Source of the DNA: Callorhinchus milii
Lineage: Eukaryota
DNA: 64,000 bases
Direction: 5' to 3'
Assembly (NCBI RefSeq): GCF_018977255.1
Contig: NW_024704742.1
Coordinates: 32,056,001 to 32,120,000 of the forward strand
The notes under the pieces were generated by a model. The model made no database searches. It saw only the letters and a list, made by a program, of their open reading frames with translations, and had not been told where the DNA came from. A program made the translations under genes and the position numbers. Below are positions 28,201 through 43,200 of the stretch, piece by piece. Position 1 is the stretch's first letter. Each line of letters begins with the position of its first letter.

Positions 28201-31200
28201 TTTTTAAATCACTTTAACATATTTTCTCCTCTTCTATTGGTTTCCCAGAAAAAGAACAATCCAATGTCTTAATTCAGGCTTGTGCTGCTGCTGAGGTTTA
28301 TTGAAATACACCAAGCTTAGACTAGGACTCACTTGAATTCCCTCCTTGTGGGAAAATCTTCAGCCCTTCCTTCTTTGAACCAACACAGAAGAGATGTAAA
28401 ACTAAAACTTGCCTTTTGGGAACAATATCCACCCCTACTTTTGGATACCATTACTCCAAAACATATGGAGAATAAACAAGTGGTGCTAAATATCTTGTAT
28501 TTCAAAGGACTCTTGTATTCCCCTCACAATTTGAACAGAAAAAAATAAATGTTTAAGTGAAAATGTGTAATCCAATCTGGCTTGGATGGGTTACTGCCTG
28601 CCACATACCCAGCTGACCAAAAAAGTGATTAGATACAAGGAAATCTGCTCACTCCACTCTACTGAGAAAGTTCAGTTGTGGATTGCCATGCACTAGAACC
28701 ACCCAAACCTTGGACCACCAACACATTTTCAGCCGCCCAGCATAAAATGAACCCTCTTCCAGCCAAACATATCTTCAAATTGGAATGGACCAACAATAAA
28801 TATGTAACTTGCTCATTTTAATTTAAGTGTGGTGAAACACCATGCAAAATTGATAGATTAAACTTACTGTGATTGAAGTAAGTAGTCTCTTTGGAGTTAT
28901 AGCCTGAAGATAAAGTGGAAAGAATGTTTTGGTTATTGAAGTGGGTCAGTAGTTCTACATTAATGCATTCCCAATAGCTGCATGTAACAGCTAGTTCAAA
29001 GGGTTGCCTTCTTGAGCTTTTAGGTCCAATCTCTAGTCACAGATTGGAACTAAATATACACTTCCAGTTTTGTGATTTTCCACATATTAACTTTGATTTA
29101 TCTGCCACCAATGAACAGTTAACAAACCTAATGGTGATGGTGAAAAGAGAGCAATCACAAGCCTGACTAGTAGAGGTTTCCTGCCCCTATATATCAGAAA
29201 CAATACAGTTTTAGTCACACTGACCAATACAGTGCATCCTTTATCTCAAGAAAATGTGAACAGGAAAACAAAATGAGATCACATGCATATACATAAAATT
29301 AAAAATATATTTGATAGCGCTTTTCACGTCTTCGATACGTCTCAAAGCCCTTCACAGAATATACTGTAAAGTGAATTGACTGTATATTTGTGGGCGAAAC
29401 GCGGCAGCCAATTGCACACAGCAGTATCCAGTTGAGTATTGTTTTTTTTCTTGAGGAATTATTATCAGGCGTGTGAAGTAAGGAAACTTGGCCAAGGTTT
29501 CGCCCTGCTGGAAATCAAACCCAGGTCTCTCGCTTGCGAGGCGAGTGCTCTAACCACTGAGCTACAGGACTCCACTGTTACACTTAATCCAAGTGATTTT
29601 TCATGTGCAAAGCCTGGATACAGAGCATTATAGTTCAACTAGATTATGTAATGGTCAACCATACAAAACTTTGTTGTGAAGTTAAAGGACACCAAAGATA
29701 CATAGGAACTCGGATGATTTTTCTCAACCTTAGTCTGTTGGCCAATTCTAGCATCCCACTGAGATCCAATTTTTTTTCACATATATTAAAACCACAACTC
29801 AATCCCAATGCTATGAGACAAAGGATGATCCAAGTCCGTGTAAAGTCACATTTTTATCAGAATTTGAAGAGGCAATGAATTGTAAGTCAGACTAATGGCA
29901 GCCATGTTTTTGCCCTCCTGTTGATACAATCTCACGCTACAAACACGACTGTTAAATTAATAGGTGTGCAAACCCTACCAAAATATAGAACCACTTTACA
30001 AAAAAAATCTATCAATGTTGGTGTAAGAAAAAGAGCCCATCACCATCATGCTGTGTGAATTGACATTCATCCATCACTTTGGACAATAATAAACAAACCC
30101 ACTGGAGTGCACATCTAGAAATAAAAACACCTCTGACTATTGGCCCACTCACAGTGTAAGACAGATAATATCAGAGTTTGATTGCTGAAAAGCATCCACA
30201 AAGGTTTTACTAAAAAAAAATGAATCATACCAAAGAGAAAATCAATTCCTGAAAGTAATGATATATTCCCAGATGAAGTGCAGAGGCTTTGCACATAAAC
30301 TATAGAAATAAAAATCATTTTCAAGTGTTGGCAGATTTCAAAAACGCAAACTCTATAGCAAGTGTGATATCAGAGGCTATAATCACTCTTCAAAAAACAG
30401 TTTACAAACAAATCTTCCAATGAAGACTAAAAATATTTTACAGATAGAATCTATCAGGGTTTTTTTTTTAAAAAAAGTGTTGAAACTTATAAATTTTGGC
30501 ATGAACTCCACAAATTTACATTTTAAATCCTCAGATTTCAGGACGCAAGATATTCATGTCAAATCCTTTAGCCATTTTGAGGGGATTGTGTGGTTAGGGG
30601 AGGTGTACAATTAAGTTATACCTCACTACATTATCATAGTTCAGGAAAAACATTTGCATTGCTCAACTGATTCCCCTCACAGCATTTACTTCAGATTTAA
30701 TCAAATCTCATGATTGTGCTGCACTCATATTTTACATGCTCCCACCTCCCTATCCACCTACATCAGCATAATGAAGAAATGAGTCTTGAATGATTAGTCC
30801 TGTACAAATTTCCAAATTCTTATGTTCAGAACAAATTTCCACCAAAACGTGGCTTTACCTTAGATTTATTAGTTTTTTTCTTCTTGTCAGTAGAACTCAT
30901 CTCCTGTCTCTGTGCCTAAAACAGAAACATTTTACACAAATACAGATACATTCAACTCGCAACATTCTCTAATAAAATATACTAACTCCTGGCAAGCCAG
31001 ATTTTAAAGCTAACTGCTAATCCTTACATTTAACATCAATAAAATAAGTAGAACAAAATATTTCCTAGCATTTCAAAAGAATTTTAAATACTGTACAGTA
31101 ATCCTGATATTTATTTGTGTACATACCAGACTGTAAACTTCAATTTCAATTTCAAAATCATTTGAGACATCTTGCCTAAAATTGAAAATGCACATTTTAG

Positions 31201-34200
31201 ATACTTTGCCATTTGTGAAGAGACAATTTCACATGAAGATTTTAACAAACAATGAGAAAAGGGCAGTGATAAAAACTGTAATATATGAGAACAATAAACT
31301 CTATTAGAACTCTCAATTATATTAACCAGTTTGAATAGCGAACACAACAATTGAAACTGGAAACATCCCCCACATAGTGCAGAAGTAAATCCAATCCATT
31401 CTGACACCATCAAATTGATATTTGCTTCTGTGCCATATAAAAGGCATTTCCTCTGAAGTTATGAATTATTTTGTCCCCCTCAACTGTGTGATATGTTAAA
31501 GATTACCCTGAAAAATGTTAATACAAAATGCCCAAGGTGAAATTGCAGATGAAAATCAACGACATTTACAAATTGTTCCAGTAACTTTTCACAAAGCTAT
31601 CGAAATGCTTTGAAATGCAATGATGTCAACATATTTTGATATTTGATGATTGACTTGGTCATTCTGTGTAGGTAAGTACATCGCATAAGTATATATAACT
31701 GAAGAAATAGGGAAAATTTAAAGTCAGAATTACTTCAATGATTCTGCTTCTAATATACATTTTTAAAATATTAGTGAAACACAGTAATAGTTGCTAATGA
31801 TCAATGCAGTGACAGTTCACCTTTTTATTTCCTAAAACAATGGTAAGAATAAGGATCATGTTTTAAAAAAGGCATGAAACCCAAACCATATACTCTGGGA
31901 CCTCAGTAGTTTGCATCCATTTTACTCTTTCTTGGAGTGAACAGTTAATGGAACCCAAGCCTTTAATTGCATTCTATTATGTATGACTTCAGGGTCAACT
32001 GCATTTCTCACTTCAGATATTTTGTTTAAAAAAGCTAATTAAAAAAATTAAAAAGTGGACAGTTCCAATCATTTTTGTTCAGAACTATGTACTGTTCTAA
32101 GGACTGTGCAAGTAATGAAGTCTGAATTGTGTCCGACAAAATGATTCGTAACCATAGTGAATCCTGGAACATGCCTCGGTCGGCCCTCTGGAGCTCTACT
32201 TGAAATCTAATTTCCACGAGGTCGGTATCCAAGCGAATTTCCTCAGGGTGAGCCACATCACATCCCTCATTTACAAGCTGCAAATCTCTTTGAGACTCCC
32301 ACACACTCAAATAAGTTATATAATTTATTGCAGGCTTCAAGCCTATCAATTAAAAAAAATTCAGCTATTCAGACTGTTACTATGTTACTTACAGTGTAAA
32401 CTTAGTAGGGAAAGTAATAGCATCGCCACTAACTGCATTTTGAGTAGAAGCCAATGGTGTGGCCACCATATTTAGAGCTCCAGCTCTAATCAGCACAAAA
32501 AAATAAAAACTTGCTGAATCTGAAAAAGATGAAAAGGCAAAGTTATAAATTAAGTCAGGAATTTAAGTACAGGACAACATGAATTCATATAGCATGTTTC
32601 ACACAGAACAGCTTGGAAGCACTCTGAAAGCAGAAGTCCTGGATTTAAAAATGGTTATAATGTATTAATTTTCCAATTAGTGTTTAATGCACAAAACAAT
32701 GATAAATAGCTAGACAAACAACAGACTACCCACCCCCTGATGAATTTAAAAATTGTTTTAGCTTTTTTGTGCATAGTTGCCTTGAATGTTGTTTGATCTA
32801 TTGTAATAAAATTATCATGAAACCAGAACAATGTTTCACAATATTGCACCTACTCTTCTGCAATTACAGATGTTATAATCAGATCTAAAGTCTTACTATC
32901 TGCAAGTATTGCACTTTGAACAAAACCAGCTCAAAGATGCTGAATCCCAAGTTTTATGTTTGAAATTATTTATTGTACCAACAAACAGCCAACTTTGAAA
33001 ATGCTCATTTTATCACTTGTCTAAAGTACTGATTTTAATAACTGGCCAATGTTGAACTAGCCCTGGTCATGGCTGGTTAATGATAGACACTGCAATTGGA
33101 TGGGTGGGGTGGAGGGGAGAAAGAAAACAAAGAAGAGTAAGAGGGGATTAAAAAGGGAAAAATCCTCAAGGAATTATATATCCATATTTTCTGAAGAAAG
33201 CTTTATTTTGCATTTGAGACGTTGAGCAGCTCTTATAGTCAGTTTCCTAGTGTTCCAAATGTAGCTCCAAGCCATATTCCAAATATCAGTTTCCATTTTA
33301 AAACATGCTTACCTGTTTTGTGAGCTGTTGAACAGATGAAGTCTGCCTTTAAAGGAAGACGGATTTCAGACAGAGAAATTGAGCCTCGTGATGGAGCAAA
33401 GTCACCAACTGCTTTAGCAGCAGATTCAGCTTTCTTTTGGGCAGACGCTCCCTCAGTCTTCAGTTTGTTTAGCTCAGCAAGAAGTACCATTCGTCTCTCA
33501 CCTATGTGCCAAAATCAAACAAAAAGCTTGAGGTCCTCTGAGAAATTATTTATGCACAATGTTAACTGCACTGACGCATACTTTTCTATTGCCTTTTGAA
33601 GGCAGGAGAATCGTGCCGCATTTCATTCAGGAAATTAAGGGATGCCTAGCAACTGAGACCCAAATTTTGATTTGAATTTAATTTAGTTTATCCCAAGGGA
33701 ATATGCACAATTTGGTTTATCGAAAGGGCAAGCAGACAGCAAGGTTGACTAAGTAATGTGTAACTGTGCATGGTCTGAATGAATAATTCAATCCTCGTTT
33801 GGTTATAATGCAAAGCAAGAACAGTCATCATTTATTTGTATGCACATGTGTGCACAAAATATTTTATATAGCTCTACGATCGAATGCTCTGAAATGTTTA
33901 ATGGTTTTATGCTTTGTTTCCCTGGCTTGTCTAACAGATGTATTTCCAAAACATCAGCAAAGACTGTTGAATTTTCAAGCAGCCCAAAACCCTAATAAAA
34001 ATCATCGCAACTGGTTTTACAACTGTTTCCACTTACCTTATGAAACAAGTTTATTCCATGATAATGGAGTTTAAAATGTACAGTACTCTACATTTATATA
34101 GCACCTTTCAAGTCAGGAGTACATCTCAAAGCACTTAAATATGAGATTGAATTCTACCATGTATTTAATGTTTACAACTCATCTTGGGAAAACATTCCAT

Positions 34201-37200
34201 TGATGAATGGAATTTATAGTTCTACAAATAGGGTAGAAGATATTTAAGAAACTGGAATCAATTCCTTAAAATTGTACTCTGTTCGTGTTTAGAAAGCAGG
34301 CTAGGAAACAAAATGAGGTATAGGGTGATTGTTGGGATCCAGAAAATTCACATCCATGTCATAAGTGAGGGCACAAAACAGGCACTGCAAGTCAGCACTT
34401 GCAGATGCAAGACATCAGCAGTGACATCAGTGAGGAACACTGTGCATGCAGAGAAAGCGTCTGGTTACTATTGCAATTCATAAACTAACTTACCAGCAGC
34501 AATAGGTTAGGTTGTGCATTTTCACAATGCATAACTTAACCCTCTCATGCAATATTTTCATGCTTTGATGTCATAAAATGTTGGGTTCATTACCCACCTG
34601 CCTTTTAGCGAGGCAGTGCTATAAGTGAAGAGCATTATAACCAGAGTTCCCTGTACCAAACGATGGTCAAAGAATAAAGGTAAATTACATTTTTAAATAG
34701 TACTTAATCTTATGAATTATGTACATCGTTAGTGGAGCAAATGTACATTATTGCATTGGAATAATAATCCCAGCATTTGATATAACTCCTTTTACGTTGG
34801 GAGGATTTCTCAGAGCACATCACAAGATTTACTGTAAATTATAGCAACTGTGTATTCTGTAATCAAATGCAGCAGCCAAGTTGTACACAACAATGTCACA
34901 CAAACAGCCATAGGCTGAATGACCAATTTTATTTGGGGGATTGTTGACACCAGGAGAAATTTCCTTCTCCTTTCAAATGGTTTGAGAGAAAGGAATTTCT
35001 CTGTGTTTAAGCACTCCAGGATGCCACCTCGCATGAAGTTGTTGTGCCCTGGGATCTTTAATATCCACCTGAACAAGCAAGTGGGACCTTGGTTTAACAT
35101 CTCATCAGATAATAGAATGCACTCCAGCAATGCATTGGCATCTAGACAATAATAATAAATGAGATTGACAGTTAACAAGCAAAATTAGAATTATTAAAAC
35201 TAGTGTTTCAATATTGCTCACATTTCCTGCCAAGGTGAAAGTGGATAATAATGAAGGATATCCCACTACCTTACTTTAATTGGTGCTAGTTTAGTGCTTT
35301 TTTTAAAAATGTTCAGCAGATTAAACTAACAAATACTGATGGATTGGGCACAATTGGCTTCAATCCAGGTTTCAAAGAACAGCACCTATGAACACAACTT
35401 AAATATATTATCACAGTATATATATCACTGTACGCTTTCCCTTTTCCTTGTAACAAAACAGCTTGCACGTTCAGAGATTAAATGTCACAGTTGGCTATTC
35501 TTACTGGCAATAAGTAGCAGCCTCTCAGCTTCAGCTTCTTGCTGAGATCCTTTCCCATGATCCTCATCTGTGCAGCAGTTTAAAGCCTGGCTGGCCTGGT
35601 GAATAACACTCTGCTGGATATTTATGTCATTGCTCAGATTCTTGGGATGACAGAAAATACAAACAAACAATTAACGATGTCATGGACTGTTCAAAGGTCA
35701 CAACGCGAGGCTTATATTGTCAGCAGTTAAGAAATCTAGCACCCCAACAAGTTAAAGCCAAGCAAGCGGTACCACCCGTTTTAACATGGAAGTGGCATCA
35801 GGAATCTGACAGTGTTTCTTTAGAAATACCATGTTTTAGCATTCGGTAGCAATTAATCTGCATTAAAGTTACCTTCATCCTCTGTTTTATATTAACTGAA
35901 CTTGGAGTTGCTGCCCGCCTTTCCTCAAGTCTTTGAGTAACATCCTCTTTGCGGACAATGATTTGTTTCACTGGGGGACGCTCGGTGGGTTTAATTCTTT
36001 GGGACCTGTAGGCATCAATGCTGTGCACAAGGAACAAAGTTAAGTATTTTACCAAACATATGCACCCACAAATCTAAAATAGAACTCCTGACTGAACATT
36101 GCCAGTGTAGCTCAATCCAGATGAAGTGCTTTCCACATAAGTTAACTTTGAATTGCTATTTGTAGGTATCAGTCCTTTATTTTTATTTCCTTTGCACCGC
36201 CAAGAAAATAAATAAAGCTAAAATGCCAAGCCCAACTAATGTTGCAGCGAGGTGCAAAAGCCACCAGTAGACCAGTAGTAAAATCCACAACCTTCTGCTT
36301 CAGAGAATAATAATAATCCTTGCATTTGATACGGCGTCTTATCACGTCTTCGAGACGTCTCAAAGCACTTCACAGAATATACTGTAAAGTGAAGTGACTG
36401 TATATTTTGTGGGCGAAACATGGCAGCCAATTGTGCACAGCAGTATCCCACAAACAGTTGTGGATTGAAATGACCAATTTTTTTTTTTTAAAAAACTCCC
36501 AGAAGGGCAACCAGGCCAATTGACTAACAACCGGGTATTTACTGCTGGGTAAACAGGCGTGTGGAGTAAGGAAACTTGCCCGCATTTTGTCCTGCCGGGA
36601 ATCGAACCCAGGTCTCTCGCTTGCGAGGCGAATGCTCTAACCACTGAGCTACAGGACTTCACAAATTTTGGGACTATGTTACCAACTGAGCCAGGCTAAT
36701 GCCTAAACGCAAGCAAACAATGTAAAATAAACCGAACGCTCGATAATAAGGCATTAATATAGATTGGAATAATTTTCTACAAAGAACAGGTACTTTTTGA
36801 CCTCACATGATTTTCTCTTTGGTCAACCAGTCGGACTGACACATGTGGAAACTCATCACCGTGCTTAAGAGTATCCAAACCAAATAGAGTTCCATGCATC
36901 ACACCTACACATGGAATTTCCTGGATTTGGAGTGGGGAATGCACACTCTCTTTCCAGAGGGACACTTCCTGCTTACCTAATTCTAGAGAGTATTAGGCGC
37001 AGGTTCGCAAGAGCCAAGGTTTGTGGACCCCAGAATGTGCAGTGGGGAACTGCTTGAATTTAACCAACTAAAATTGCAGATCTTGCCATTGAAAGTACCA
37101 CTGATTGCCCAGTTAGGACTACCCCAAGCTTTAGGGCTTTGGCTTACAGGGCTAACAGGGGCTGTGTTGGATGATAGAATCATGGAATGATTCTGCTCCC

Positions 37201-40200
37201 AAACAATAGAAAAGCAACAAGAGACAAAACATCAGCAACTGAAACTGATAAATAGAACTACAAAAGGAGTATTCTTAAAATTACCTATGCTATTAACAAT
37301 TCACATAAATACAATCAAGAGTATTCTGCAATTATACCTGTACAAAAGGTTCTGGTCATCGGTTGAAGACCCCATACTGTCCGTAGACTCTGCTCTGGTT
37401 AGTCGTGTTCGCTGGAACTTGCTTCTCTTTGCGTTGTCTGGAGTGTTATTGTTCTGTTTAGCTGGGCTGTTTAGAGCAGTTTTGGAGACCAGCTTTTGTA
37501 TGCAAAAAAAACAAACTATGAATAGCATTTGATCCCCATTTTTAAAGTCCATAAAGAAGTTAGTACTCCTTGTACTTTGTTTCAACTGATGCAACTTACT
37601 AAAACGAACTATATCAAAATACATCTACTGTAGTTCAATAAGAAGTTGTTAATTTATTATTTAGCACATCAACTGCTGCCAGGATAGATCTACTTTGAAA
37701 ACACACTGTACCTTGGTTAAATTATACAGGCTTTTGAAATATTATGCTGAGCAAAAAAAACAAGGGGATTCTGCCAAACTTGGTCTCACCTCTGGACTCG
37801 CAACAGCTAATGGAGCAAGCAGCGACATCGAGGATATGTTCAGTTCACTCTCTCTCTCCTCATCGTCATCCACATCTTCATCCTCTTCCATAACGCCCTC
37901 AAACAGTTCATTAATAACAGCCGAACTGTTAAGCTCATCGTCAACACTCATCTCAACTTCACTGACCTTTCCAACTTTATCTGCCAGAAACACAAAATGA
38001 AAATCATGTGTGAAATGTTTAATACATTCCCTGGTTTGATATGCTGATAAGCTGAAACTCATCAGGTTTAAGGAATCTGTAGTTCAATTTGCTTAGAAAT
38101 CAAAAGCAGTTTCAGCTAAACTTGCACATTACCAGCACAAAATATTTGCAAGTTTAATGTACTAATGGACTAACCCAGTCATTAAGGCATTCACAGGTGG
38201 AAGAATACAATTACCCAGTAACATGTCTACCCAACCAAATCCCATCGACGAGTCAAAAGGCTGGTTAATCAACAATACCCTGATCTACTACAGAGCTGTT
38301 CAGCCCAGGTATTGGATCACAAAAAAGACCACAAGTTCAATATCATGAATCTGGCTTGTTGGGACGGGTATACTCTACGTCATCAAGTAGTGACGTTTTC
38401 AAAGAGACAAGCTCATTATGAAAGCAATTCTGCCTCCAAAGTATTGAATGACAGATTAGTATAATTTTTCTGCAAACCACTCCACAAGTCCAGATTTTCA
38501 GGAAATATTTCCATTGCACGCCTAAAAACTTCAAATCTTAAATGAGAACAATTTGAACATGTGCTCAGACATCCTAAGCTTAACCTCCACTGAACTTTGC
38601 TTCAAATGAGTCGTTAACTGCGATATCCCCAGGAGTGGAAATTCTGACAATGTGACTGAATGTCATATTTTGCACCAATGATTTAAAACTTTGAAATGAA
38701 GCATTAAGTTCTGGACTGGTTCCCACTAACAGCATATTACCAAATATAAGATGGTGCAGCTGAGTTTATACAAATCGACATGTCTTGTACTCTAAGTTGA
38801 AGGTGACAGTTTTTATTCATAACATTAACTTGACGAAGAGGTGAGTAAATATTTAAAGTATAACTGCCACATATCCAAAGTTAAAGAATGACTGCTCACC
38901 AGGATTTCTTTCATCATCACTCTTCTCATCATCTGAGGTACTCTCTATAACATTCAGTTGTTCAGACACAAACATAACCTTTCTGAGAGGACTTGATTTG
39001 GCAGGACTGGACGGAACCTTCTCCTTACATTCAATGGCAGGAGCTAGTGGATTTAAATAAAATAATTAATGTCACAGACTCATACAAAGGCACCAAAATT
39101 GCAATACCTGCAAAACAAAACGATACCAAAAAATGGATCCCTTAATTATTTAATATGAGACTTGGATTTGGACTTGGTCCCTAACATAGTAGAACACAGT
39201 TAAAAGGTGCTCTCTTACCAGACATTCATTTATAAAGCAAATGAGTGTCCTGTGAACTCATCCTCCATCACAAATGGCTATGAGCATTCCTCTCCTACAA
39301 AGGAAGCAATCTACCTCTTATAATATAATCCTTGCATTTTGATTCAGCGCTTTTCACATCTTCTAGACATTTCAAAGCGCTTCACAGAATATACTGTAAA
39401 GTGAATTAACTGTATATTTGTGGGTGAAACGTGGCAGCCAATTGCGCACTGGAGTGTCCCACAAACAGTCGTCAATTGAAGTGACAATTTATTATTGTTT
39501 CTTTTCTTGAGGGATTATTATCAGGCGTGGAGTAAGGAAACTTGCCCAAGGTTTCACCCTGCTGGGAATCAAACTCAGGTCGCTTGCCACTGATCTACAG
39601 GACTCCACAGGACTCCCCTTGGCACCATGGTTGAGCCTGGGAATTGCAGTCTTCACTCAAAATTTGCAATGGCAATTTCCAACAGCATCTCCAGCCTCAG
39701 AAACGTAATGATACAGCCAGCTGTCATTACCGATAACATTTTTAATCAAAATATTTTAAAAACTCAATTTTCTAAACTTAAAGAAAGGGGATGATATTTT
39801 AGTGATTGCAAACATTTCACTTTTTCTTAAGTTTGTAAAATATGCCTTGCGCAACAAGTGTGCAACAGAGCTTATACAATCATTAATGCCAAATATTTTC
39901 ACTTTTCTTATCATAAGTGTTTCCAAGGGACTAACACATTTCTATAACAAAGTCTTTGTACCTGCAGATTCTGTGCTAGTTACTTTCACAGAGGAAGATT
40001 CACCCTCATGTACAGATATAAATTTTGGCTGTGGTTCTGAAGGAGCCTTGCAGGGTGGTTGAAGGGCTGCGGTGATATTCATTTGAGACTCCTGAGATTT
40101 TGCACTGGTTTGCTCAGAGGTCCCAAGGGGAGACACATCAGTCTCCTACAATAAAATGGAAAAGGGCAAATATTATCAATTTGATCATAAATGTCAAACT

Positions 40201-43200
40201 CGATACAAGAAATGAACATGCAATTGTGGAATATCCAGTTTATTCCACTCATGAGGATAACACAACTTTTTGATCAGACAAAAAAAGGGAGTTTTCTGTA
40301 TCAACAGAAAAACTAGAACATTCCATCAATCTTGATATTCTCTTCATACAACGTGGGAGGAACTTTAGTAGATCTTAACCATTGTAACAGAGGGCATGAA
40401 GTGCAGATAGTTTCTGAGACCCAAATGTTCAACGTATTCAATCATCAGTCTTAAGAACATAAGAATTGCTCGGCGAAAGAAGACCAAAATCCATTCAGTT
40501 CCCCTTCCACCATCCCGGCAGTCGCAGGCACACGTCATGGCCCAGAAGTGTCATTGCTGTAGCAGTTTTAGCATTTAAAAGAAGGTTCTAAATTTCTGAA
40601 AGGACATCACTGCTGAATAAAAGCAAAAACTGCTACAGGTTTACTTGCATTCAACAGAAAATACATCTAACATTTTTTATGGGGGTGCTGGGAAAGTAGT
40701 AATTAAAGCAACTGCAGCAATAATAGTGATTTTCCCCGTCCCAGTCAACTACATTACTTAGCGGACATAAGGATTCGAACCCATGACCTTTTGTCTGTAT
40801 TCCTCCTAGTAGTACTTATACTCGATTGGGCATCAAGGGAAATGCTGTTCACTAAAATCCCGACTCTTTTAGCACCAGTAGCAAAATCATTAGTCTTTCT
40901 TATCACCATAGAATTTCTGAATGACAAATTAGTCAGTGGTTTACATGAAATATACATATCAAAAAGCATTTCATACCTTGGGCTGCTTGGTAAATGAGCT
41001 TTCTCCTTTTTTTTCCGTAGCACCGACGTTGCCTCCCTGAAAACGATTGCGAATATTGGCCAGCTCTTTCTCACGCTCCTGAAATAATTGCAAAAGCAAG
41101 ACTATAAAATAGGACACAACATAACTGGCTTGAGGCTGATTTCCTGGACTATCGCTATTCTGATAAAGTAATTTCCACATAAAATCCTGGAATAGCCTCA
41201 ACTTTCATCATCTACATGTCACAAAATCCCTGAAGCAATCTTGTTCGGATTTTGCCAGTGTGTTTCCTTTGATTCCAACTTCCAACAACCTTCCTGGCTG
41301 ACAACGCTAGCTAACTGAACCAGTGGACCTATGTCACTCAATTCCTCAGCCTTGCCTCATTCTTGCCCATCTTCAGGTCTCGCCTGAAGATCTTCGACTG
41401 TGCCTACGGTATATAAATGCAATTTGTTGCTGAGTCTGAGCTCAGCCCTCTCCACAGCCAAAAAATGTTCCATGCTTTTGTCCCCATAAGGCTAGATTTG
41501 CCTGATGTTCTCCTTTGCTCCTCCTACATACACTCCAACTCATCCGAAGTTCTGCACCCATATTATCTCACCTTCAGGGTTCTCTGCGAAGGATTATTAC
41601 TATGTGGGCTAAACTATTACTTTTTCCAGAGATGCAACTCCTACATGATATGACTTTCTGCAAGTATTAAGATTAGCAAACCCAATTTCTGCATCTTCAG
41701 ACGTGGCATGTTTCAAACAACATGGTAGCACGGCTCATGAGCTAGGCCAATAGAAAAGTCTGGCCACACCTTTCCCGAATTTCCTGCCATAATGACCTAT
41801 GTCCACTACAAACCGCGCTCTCTCTGTGACTGTGTGCGTGTCTGTGATCAGGGCTCCCTCTGCCTCCTTGTCTTCCTCGAACTCTCTGCCGCCTTCGACA
41901 CTGTCGACCACTCCATCCTCATACACCGCCTCTCCTCTTTACTTAATCTTCGCAGACCTGCCGCCTGGTTCGATTCCTATTTCTCTCACCATCTCCACTT
42001 TGTTGCCTCTAACGGTCCCTCCTCCAGCCCCCGCACTGTCATGTCTGGCATCCCCCAGGACTCTGTCCTTGGCCCTCTCCTCTTTAATATCTACATACTC
42101 CCCCTTGGTGACATCACCCACAGACATGGGGTCAACTTCCAAATGTATGCGGATGACAACCAACTATCTTTCTGCCTCCACCCTCAACTCCAGGACCACT
42201 GCTGTCCTGACAGACTGTCTGTCGCACATCAAGTCTTGGATGAGGGCAAATTTTCTACAGTTGAATGTGAACAAGACTGAGGCCCTCCTGATTGGCTCAC
42301 ACCAGCGCCTCTGCACCTCAGGCTCTGGCAGCATCAACCTCCATGGTTGCACACTTCAACTCACCAAGCCATCAGGAGCCAAGGTGTCTTTTCTTCCCCC
42401 ACATCCAAGCCATGACCCGCTCTGCCTTCCCTCACCTCCGTAACATCGCCCGACTCTGCCACTACCTCACCCCTCAGGCCGCTGAAACTCTTGTTCATGC
42501 CTTCATCACTTGCAGGCTCGACTACGCAAACACCCTGCTTGTCGGCCTTCCCAACCTCCCTCCACAGGCTGCAGATAATCAGGTACTCTGCAGCCCATGT
42601 CCTCTCCTGCACCAAACTCCGTGCCCCCATCTCCCCCATTCTCGCCCGACTTCATTGGCTCCCTGTCCTTCAAAGGATCCAGTTCTAGATCCTGGTCCTC
42701 ACCTACAAAGCCCTCCATGGCCTCGCCCCAGCCTAATAATAATAATAATACTTGCATTTGATATAGCGCTTTTCACGTCTTCTAGATGTCTCAAAGCGCT
42801 TCACAAAATATACTGTAAAGTGAATTGACTGTATATTTGTGGGCGAACCCTACCTCTGTGACTTCCTAACCCCTACCAACCCGCCCGCTCCCACCGCTCA
42901 GCTGGCTCCAGCCTGCTCCACGTCCCCCGTCCCACCATTGGTGGGAGAGCCTTCAGCCACTCTGCCCCCAACCTCTGGAATTTCATCCCCCAATCACTCA
43001 GTCTTGGCCCCTCCTTAGCCTCCTTCAAGTCCCGCCTCAAAAGCCTCCTCTTCAACCATGCCAGTGGCCACCTCCCTTCCCCTCCCTTCTCCCCCCGACC
43101 CCAACTCGGGTCTGAAATGCTGTACACTGTCCAGTGCCTTGGGACGTCCTCCCGATTTGAAAGGCGCTATACAAATGTAATCTTGTTGTTGTTAGTGTGC

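Noticed and set aside
32035..32349. 104-aa ORF and CpG-enriched patch in ANLN intron 15
   Set aside because: No recognisable protein or snoRNA box pattern, no convincing splice sites, and not needed for the ANLN frame.
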